DNA from: Bdellovibrionales bacterium
GTDB lineage: Bacteria > Bdellovibrionota > Bdellovibrionia > Bdellovibrionales > UBA1609
Reading direction: 5' to 3'
Length of the DNA: 64,000 nucleotides
Assembly (NCBI GenBank): GCA_041690295.1
Contig: JAWLHR010000008.1
Coordinates: 1-64,000 of the forward strand
A program made the translations under genes and the position numbers. Below are positions 57,682 through 64,000 of the stretch, piece by piece. The number at the start of each line of letters is the position of its first letter. The stretch's first letter is position 1. The notes under the pieces were generated by a model, which was not told the origin of the DNA, searched no databases, and was given only the letters and a program-made list of their open reading frames with translations.

Positions 57682-58552
57682 CGTTAGATTTTGACGCTTC
57701 CGATGTCTTGGATTTCGCGGGCTGCTGGCGAAGCTTGTCGGCCTGTATGGCGATGGTTCCCGAAATGTCTTGTAATCGATCAAACGCCTCCAATTTTTTA
57801 ATGTCTTCCGTGCCTTTCAACTCGATGGTCAGCACGGGAACATTTCGGTCCACCCACATATAGCGTCCAAGGCTTCCCGGAAAATTCCCCAGCGAAGTCC
57901 AGGGCAGGGGTCTAAACGGCGGGGGATTTTTCATTTTCGGCCCGTCCAGGTCCAAAACTCCAAGCGGCGTGTGCACGGAGATCAATAAATCCGGATTGAA
58001 TTCTTCAAAATGTTTAATCAAGCACTTAGTTTCAATTTCACTGGCGGCGGAAGGGCCGGGATTACGCCTCGGATCCCCTTTTCTTTGCACCTTCCAATAA
58101 TTGAGCGCTTCTTTGTCCCAATCCTTCGTGGGGAAGTTACGGTTTAAATCCACGCCATTGGCATTCATTCGCGTTTTCAGCTTCCAGCCATCCGGATTGG
58201 CGATGGGAATGATGCGCCAGGTGTTGCGCGGCTCGATTTTTTCCAACCGTTCAATCCAAGCGCGGGCGACGATTCCGCTCATCTCTTCATCGCCATGGAT
58301 CAATGATTTGGCGAAAATTCTTTTGCCGTTTTTCGCCGTGCCCAATTTATCATAATGAAAGATGGGCTCACCCTTGACGCTCGTGCAGCCTTCAAGAACC
58401 TGGACTTTCGCGCAGGCGCTCTTGAGGTCAGTGAGATCCTTGTTACCCTTGATTTTCTGCATTTGAGTTATGCAGTACTCCGATATCGAAGTTTCGGGAG
58501 CCTTTTCCTCGGCGAAGGCCGTCAAGGCCATGAGTAGAAACAAAAAATGCAT
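57671..58552 (-). CDS. Secreted M14 zinc carboxypeptidase (MpaA-like)
   Basis: IHGDE, NPDG, NANGVDLNRNFP, SVH, TIEL. Confidence 0.9.
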   Translation of the reverse strand: MHFLFLLMALTAFAEEKAPETSISEYCITQMQKIKGNKDLTDLKSACAKVQVLEGCTSVKGEPIFHYDKLGTAKNGKRIFAKSLIHGDEEMSGIVARAWIERLEKIEPRNTWRIIPIANPDGWKLKTRMNANGVDLNRNFPTKDWDKEALNYWKVQRKGDPRRNPGPSAASEIETKCLIKHFEEFNPDLLISVHTPLGVLDLDGPKMKNPPPFRPLPWTSLGNFPGSLGRYMWVDRNVPVLTIELKGTEDIKKLEAFDRLQDISGTIAIQADKLRQQPAKSKTSEASKSNATN

Positions 58553-58592
58553 TTCCCCTATTGTTATGGTTCAGCGGGCTTGAGTCAATGTT

Positions 58593-60161
58593 TCAAGGAC
58601 ATCCGAATGAGGACAAATCGGTCGATTGCGCGCCCTTCGTGAGCGGATACTCTTCATTGATTTTTTGCACTAAGCGATGGAGATCCAAGCGGTTTCCATC
58701 TTTGAAGAAGGGCGCGAGGTCCTGGCTTTTGGCGGCCGACGCGAGAAGCAGTCTCTCCACTTCCTGAGGCGTTGGCGCGATTTTGTACGCTTCTCGAATC
58801 AAACCAATGGTCAAACCCGCGGCGGCGGTCACCTGCGGTCCCGCCTGTGAGGTGCCGGCGAGCCGGCCATACGAGGAGAGGCGAGTGGGGAGCGTGGAGT
58901 AAATCCCCGTCAATCCCTGCTCGGCGCCCGGCGCTCCGATTTCCGCGTACGTGGTGCTGAAGTGACTGAACAGGCTTTTCTGACCTGTGCGCACGTCAAA
59001 TGAGCCGACTCCGATCACGCCCGCCTTGGTGGAATAAATCGCGGGAATTGAGGTTAATGTGGTGCCGTTCACTTCACGTCCGTTTTCGCCCGGATCCGAA
59101 TTGCCGATCACGGTGATCACGGTCACGCCGCGATTGACCGCCTCCGTCAGCGCGGTTTCGGCCAAGGCGTCAGTGGCCGATCCATTCACGATTCGGCCAA
59201 GACTTAAATTGATGACATGGGCGCCGTTCAGATAAGCAAACTGGATCGCATTATAAACATGCTGAGAAGAGGTGAACTCCTCGCCGGTCAAAGGATCCGT
59301 TTCGAAAACCTTGATGCTCATGATTTGCCCGCGAAAAGGCATGGTGCCGGTGATACCGATGGTGTTGTCCGAGGCGGCCGCGATGATTCCCGCCACATGG
59401 GTGCCATGACCGATGGCCGAGGGATCCGTCGGATTATAATCCACGTTTCCGCCCAGCGTGGTGATGTCGATGCCGATACCTTGATTGTGGCGCCACATGT
59501 TCGCCTGCAAGTCCAGGTGCGCATAATCCACGCCCGTGTCGATCACCGCCATGATGACCGGATCACCGGTGCGTTTCATTCCCGCCGATTCGCCGTAGGC
59601 GAGGGAATAGGCCGCCGAAGCATTAATGGCTTCAAGATGGGATTGGTTAATGCTTTGGCTGTCGTTAAAGGCATGCAAGCGGTAACTTTGATTCCACGAC
59701 AATCCGATCACGCAAGGATCGGCGTCCGCGAGAGCTTCAATTTCCGAAATGGAGTATTCCCGATCCAGGTTCCATGCGTAGATTTGGCGTTCCAGCGCTT
59801 CGAGCTTCTGTTCGCTTAAAGAGCCGATCCATTCCGAGGGGCAGGAATTCAGCGCGAGAACACCCAATTCGGCGCCTGGAGGAAGAGTGGAATCCGATTC
59901 GAGAGTTTTTTGCGATTGGGTGGACAGACCTTGCGGAAGAGTGTCGAGAATCACCTTTCGCTCGGAAAAAGGAGTGTGTTTCGCGAAAGCCTCGAACGGA
60001 GTGACCTCGCCCTTGTATAACCCGGCTTTGCATTGGGTCTGGCTTCGGGCGGACATGAAGCCCTTGCTGCTCAACAGGCCGGCCTGACAGGAGTTATAAA
60101 CCAAAGGGATCAAAAGCGATAGGGCCACGGGCGCTACAACTTTTGAAAGCGAACGACTCAC
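58593..60161 (-). CDS. S8 subtilisin-like serine protease, probable lipoprotein
   Basis: VIDTGVD, HGTHVAG, GTSQA; N-terminal VYNSC. Confidence 0.95.
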   Translation of the reverse strand: MSRSLSKVVAPVALSLLIPLVYNSCQAGLLSSKGFMSARSQTQCKAGLYKGEVTPFEAFAKHTPFSERKVILDTLPQGLSTQSQKTLESDSTLPPGAELGVLALNSCPSEWIGSLSEQKLEALERQIYAWNLDREYSISEIEALADADPCVIGLSWNQSYRLHAFNDSQSINQSHLEAINASAAYSLAYGESAGMKRTGDPVIMAVIDTGVDYAHLDLQANMWRHNQGIGIDITTLGGNVDYNPTDPSAIGHGTHVAGIIAAASDNTIGITGTMPFRGQIMSIKVFETDPLTGEEFTSSQHVYNAIQFAYLNGAHVINLSLGRIVNGSATDALAETALTEAVNRGVTVITVIGNSDPGENGREVNGTTLTSIPAIYSTKAGVIGVGSFDVRTGQKSLFSHFSTTYAEIGAPGAEQGLTGIYSTLPTRLSSYGRLAGTSQAGPQVTAAAGLTIGLIREAYKIAPTPQEVERLLLASAAKSQDLAPFFKDGNRLDLHRLVQKINEEYPLTKGAQSTDLSSFGCP

Positions 60162-60225
60162 GCTTACATTCTCCGCGATACTAAGAGATTAACACGGGCG
60201 GAGGTGAGTTTCGTAGGGGGGCGTC

Positions 60226-62283
60226 TCAATTTGAATCACTTCCAGTGGGTTTAGTGGCGGTCAGCTCGATATCTTCTTTCAGGCGGTTCTCGGAAATCGT
60301 TTCGATGAAAATACCAAGGTCCATGTTTTGCACCAGGATCTGCCAGAACGAATCCGCTGAAATGCTGAACAAGACGCTGGGTTCGCGGGTGGTGATCGTG
60401 GCGGTTCGGGCGATGTTGGAAATCAGAGCGATTTCACCAAAGAAGTTGCCCTGGCCGAGGGATTTCACTTTCTTCCCGTTCACCAGGATATCGACCGACC
60501 CCCGAAGAATCATATAAAGGCTATCGCCGCGATCCCCCTGGTAAAAAACCGTCTGATTGGCGTTGTAATATTCCAAGGAGCCGCGGCTGGAAATAAAGTC
60601 CACCGCTTCGGCGTTCAAGCTTCTAAACACGGGTGAGGCGGCGAAAAATTGGTTCACCAGGATGGCGTTTTTGAAATCCTCGATTTGGCGAATGGTCTGG
60701 GCTTCTTCCGCCACTTTGCGAAGCAGATGAACCGGAACTTTTAAAAGCGTGGCCTCGGATTCAGTGACCACGCGACTGGGCGAGGGCGACCCGTCGGCCA
60801 GGGCCGATTCGCCGAGAACCGAGTTGGGGCCCAGCTCAAGCACCCATTCCTCGGTCTCATCTTCATTGGACCGGATCACTTCAACTGAACCTTCAAGCAA
60901 CACATATAAGTCGTTGGAAACTTCATTTTGCCGAACCACTTGGGCGCCCTCGCGGAAGGTGAGGACTTCCGATCCGGCGATGATTTCGTCCATGTATTGA
61001 CCATGGAAATGAGAAAAGAGCGGTAAGTTTTCAAGAACGTTCGCGATGTCGGAGGTGGACCACTGTTTTTCGCGCGACAGACGTTGAAAACGAAGTTTTA
61101 TCGGCTCCAAATAGGGATGGATCAGATTCAAAAAGACCTTTTCCAAAGCCGTGCGGGTGACGTAGAAAACACATCCGATCCAAGCCAGAGCGGAAATCAG
61201 ATGGGTCCAGGAATTGGAACTCCAGTGCGTTAAGCTTTCCAAGATCGGGCCGCCGAAATGAATCAGGAATTCATGGAGCACGACCATGGCCATGGTCAAC
61301 CAAAGCGCCCCCCAGACCGAACAAATCACGGAAAAACGGCGATCCTGCGCTTTCAATTCGGGGCTCATGGTATTGAAAAGAACGCTTTTTTCAAAGTGCC
61401 AGGACATCACTTCACGATCGTTGGGGATCAAAAAGTGACGGAGAAGTTTTCGCCCTTCCGTGTTGAAGAAGGGATTCAGTTCCCATCCGCTTGCGATCAA
61501 AGCGGTGATTAATAAGCGGGTGAAGTTGTCTTGATCCAGAAAATAAGAGGAAGCGTAAACCAAGGCCCAGGGCGAAAGAATCTGGCTGATATGGAACATT
61601 GCCGTGTAGAGCCGGTTTTCCGGAGAGAAGTTCGCCTCATCGCCGACGTGCAAGTGCACGCCCCAAAGACTTAAACGCAAGGACACGTTGTACGCTTTAC
61701 CGGTCAAAAGCAGGAGTTGAATTCCGCAAAGAATGAAGCGGATCGTGAGAACCACGGAGCTGAACGCGAATAATGAAAGCAGCGCCGGCCAAAATGAAAT
61801 TTCGCTTGACCAGGCCTTGAGTAGACTCACCGGGGCGCTGGGAAAATGTTGAAGCCCCAGAATGGAGAGCACCAGTGTGGCCAAAGTCAGCGCATAAAAA
61901 CCCACCGGGGATTTTTGATCGGTGACAATCCGTTGTCCGAACCGCCAGGATAAATGCCATTTGCTCCGCCGGGGAGCCACCCACGAATCAAGATGGGAAC
62001 TCAGAGTGAGATCGTCACCGTTTTCAAAAAAACCGCCTTGATGAAAGCTATGAATGGCGGAAAGAATCCACTTGAACGGGACGGCTCCTTGCTTGCGATA
62101 AATCTTTTCAACGATTTCGCGAACCGTGAATTGGCCGCTGCACAAAAGAACCAGATCGGCGAGAGCCATCGGCAGGACGATTTGATTGTACGGGTTATCC
62201 GTCTCGAAAATGATCCGTGAGCCTTGCGGGATCACGCGGCCGGGGCGCAGTCGCGGTCGGAAATTCTCCAATCCGGTCTTCAT
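60226..62283 (-). CDS. Membrane protein with two cyclic-nucleotide-binding domains and a degenerate M50-like region
   Basis: LYVLLEGSV...GESAL; LYMILRGSV...FFGEIALI...RTAT; WELNPFFNTEG. Confidence 0.85.
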   Translation of the reverse strand: MKTGLENFRPRLRPGRVIPQGSRIIFETDNPYNQIVLPMALADLVLLCSGQFTVREIVEKIYRKQGAVPFKWILSAIHSFHQGGFFENGDDLTLSSHLDSWVAPRRSKWHLSWRFGQRIVTDQKSPVGFYALTLATLVLSILGLQHFPSAPVSLLKAWSSEISFWPALLSLFAFSSVVLTIRFILCGIQLLLLTGKAYNVSLRLSLWGVHLHVGDEANFSPENRLYTAMFHISQILSPWALVYASSYFLDQDNFTRLLITALIASGWELNPFFNTEGRKLLRHFLIPNDREVMSWHFEKSVLFNTMSPELKAQDRRFSVICSVWGALWLTMAMVVLHEFLIHFGGPILESLTHWSSNSWTHLISALAWIGCVFYVTRTALEKVFLNLIHPYLEPIKLRFQRLSREKQWSTSDIANVLENLPLFSHFHGQYMDEIIAGSEVLTFREGAQVVRQNEVSNDLYVLLEGSVEVIRSNEDETEEWVLELGPNSVLGESALADGSPSPSRVVTESEATLLKVPVHLLRKVAEEAQTIRQIEDFKNAILVNQFFAASPVFRSLNAEAVDFISSRGSLEYYNANQTVFYQGDRGDSLYMILRGSVDILVNGKKVKSLGQGNFFGEIALISNIARTATITTREPSVLFSISADSFWQILVQNMDLGIFIETISENRLKEDIELTATKPTGSDSN

Positions 62284-62978
62284 AGCCGCCCCTCGAAGTA
62301 AAGGGATTGAAGTCGTTTGAGAAGCTCACGGCAGCGCTCGCTCGCTTGCGGGATATTGGCCATGAAAATCAAAATGGCTTCGAACTCAAGGGGGGACACG
62401 TAATACTTCTTTTCGATCTTCGGCCAAAAGTGGCGCGTGATCGTGTACTCGCGGCCGAGCAGATTCAAGCCGGCGATGATCGTTCCCGCCTTGTTGATAA
62501 CCAATGAGTCGCCGTGCACGGATGTGTAGATTTCCTCGGCATCCAGTTGAATCCGTTGATGGGGGTGATCCACCGGCCGCATGGCGGTTCCCCGAATGCC
62601 CGGGACAATGGCTTTGCTGATGGCTTCGGCGCGATCCGGATTTAAATTCAAAAACTGAACGTGCACTCTGGGATTCACACGGGCCACGATTCGCGAGCGC
62701 ACGATTTGTTCACCGTCGGGCCAGATCAAACGGAATTCAACTTCATTTCCGGTTTGTTGCTCAAGACGGTCCTCGACATCGAGTAAGCAAACTCCGCCCA
62801 CACTGACGTCTTGAACGGGAACGGAATAAGAGCCATAGAACACGCTGGGTAACGAGGAAAGATTTTGGCTTGGATACTTGGCGCGCGGATTTTTACGGCG
62901 TTCAACACCAAGTTGTGACGCGTACTCGTGCACCTGGTACACGGATCCGTGTTGTTTCCGGCGAAGGCTCCAAGACAT
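62280..62978 (-). CDS. PilZ domain protein
   Basis: RRKNPR and DVSVGG motifs. Confidence 0.85.
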   Translation of the reverse strand: MSWSLRRKQHGSVYQVHEYASQLGVERRKNPRAKYPSQNLSSLPSVFYGSYSVPVQDVSVGGVCLLDVEDRLEQQTGNEVEFRLIWPDGEQIVRSRIVARVNPRVHVQFLNLNPDRAEAISKAIVPGIRGTAMRPVDHPHQRIQLDAEEIYTSVHGDSLVINKAGTIIAGLNLLGREYTITRHFWPKIEKKYYVSPLEFEAILIFMANIPQASERCRELLKRLQSLYFEGRL

Positions 62979-63054
62979 AGATTTTTTTCGGGTTTTTTAA
63001 AGCCGAGATTTAGAGCCGGGGCCGGCAATATGGACTTACGTCGGAACCTCGGAT

Positions 63055-63414
63055 ATGCAAAAAAGGATGTGGCTGCTTTTGGGATGGCTCTTTCTTGGTA
63101 TAGGTGTGATCGGCGCGTTCGTGCCGGTCATGCCCACGGTGCCGTTCCTGTTGGTCGCGGCGTTTTGTTTTGAACGGGGCTCCCCGAAACTTCATCGCTG
63201 GCTCATGTCGCATCCTCGTCTGGGGCCGCCTCTGCAGGACTGGCGTAATCGGCGTGTGATCCGGCCCATGGCGAAACTTCTGGCCGTCACCGCCATGGCC
63301 ACCAGCTGCAGCTACGTACAGTTTTTTACCGAAACGCCTGAACCTTTGCGATGGACGATGTTTTCGGTTATGGCCTTGGTTGCGGCTTTTATTTTGACCC
63401 GAAAGAGTTCATAG
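63055..63414 (+). CDS. YbaN/DUF454 membrane protein
   Basis: GAFVPVMPTVPFLL...SPKLHRWL..HP.LGP. Confidence 0.92.
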   Translation: MQKRMWLLLGWLFLGIGVIGAFVPVMPTVPFLLVAAFCFERGSPKLHRWLMSHPRLGPPLQDWRNRRVIRPMAKLLAVTAMATSCSYVQFFTETPEPLRWTMFSVMALVAAFILTRKSS

Positions 63415-63996
63415 ATGGCGTTTAATCCAAAGGATCGTTTTTTTCACAAAGCCAAAGCGGAAGGTTATTTGGCGCGTTCGGCTTACAAACTGGAAGAGCT
63501 TCAGCGCAAATACAAACTGATGCGGGCAGGGGATTTGGTTTTGGACTTAGGAGCCGCCCCTGGGGCCTGGAGCCAGGTGGCGCTCAAGCACATCGGGTCC
63601 AACGGCATGGTGATCGGCCTGGATTTAAAAGTTGTTTCGATGAAAGATCCGCGCGCCACTTTTTATCAGATGGATGCGTTTAACTTCGATCCCGCGATTC
63701 TCAAAGGCCGCCAGGTGGATTGTCTGCTCAGTGATATGGCGCCCAACACCACCGGCGCGCGATCCGTGGATCAGGCCCGAAGTCTCGCCTTGGCCGAACA
63801 GGTTTTGAATCTGGCACATCAACATTTGCGGCCCAAGGGCCATTGCGTATTGAAGATTTTCGAAGGACCTGACACCAAAACCATTGATCAACAGATGCGG
63901 AAAATGTTCGAAACCGTACAACGATCGAAACCCGAAGCGGTTCGTAAAGGAAGCTTCGAATTTTACCTGGTGGGGCTTGGATTTCGTCCTGCCTGA
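63415..63996 (+). CDS. rlmE: 23S rRNA Um2552 methyltransferase
   Basis: RSAYKL, DLGAAPGAWSQ, SDMAP. Confidence 0.96.
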   Translation: MAFNPKDRFFHKAKAEGYLARSAYKLEELQRKYKLMRAGDLVLDLGAAPGAWSQVALKHIGSNGMVIGLDLKVVSMKDPRATFYQMDAFNFDPAILKGRQVDCLLSDMAPNTTGARSVDQARSLALAEQVLNLAHQHLRPKGHCVLKIFEGPDTKTIDQQMRKMFETVQRSKPEAVRKGSFEFYLVGLGFRPA

Positions 63997-64000
63997 TAAG

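Noticed and set aside
1..64000. CRISPR array, rRNA or reverse-transcriptase-associated systems
   Set aside because: No regularly spaced repeats, rRNA-like sequence, or cas/RT motifs were seen.

Overview
Bacterial chromosomal window of roughly 50% GC. Gene families and signal-peptide style suggest a Bdellovibrionota-like predator; this is an inference and was not checked by database search. The flanks are housekeeping: guaA-dnaE-peroxidase, lipB-tRNA-Val(GAC), yceD-rpmF-fabH-fabD-fabG-acpP-fabF-rpiB-glyA (no plsX), amino-acid dehydrogenase-yfgM-like-bamB-like, apt and rlmE. The main finding is a ~20 kb block (26968-47160) of ten consecutive genes from five unrelated families. All ten have a predicted N-terminal signal peptide and a C-E-x-x-L motif at either the extreme C-terminus or the mature N-terminus. 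The families are two putative amidoligases, a triple-AAA+/M41 protease chimera, four paralogs with an RGxVGxDCS motif, two M28 peptidases and a circularly permuted ATP-grasp/HExxH fusion. Several are ATP-dependent enzyme types that are normally cytoplasmic, which suggests an export or delivery system with a shared targeting tag. Next to the block are a minimal tyrosine recombinase and a GNAT plus heme-oxygenase-like diiron enzyme operon facing a sigma54-driven gene. All family calls come from reading motifs by eye.
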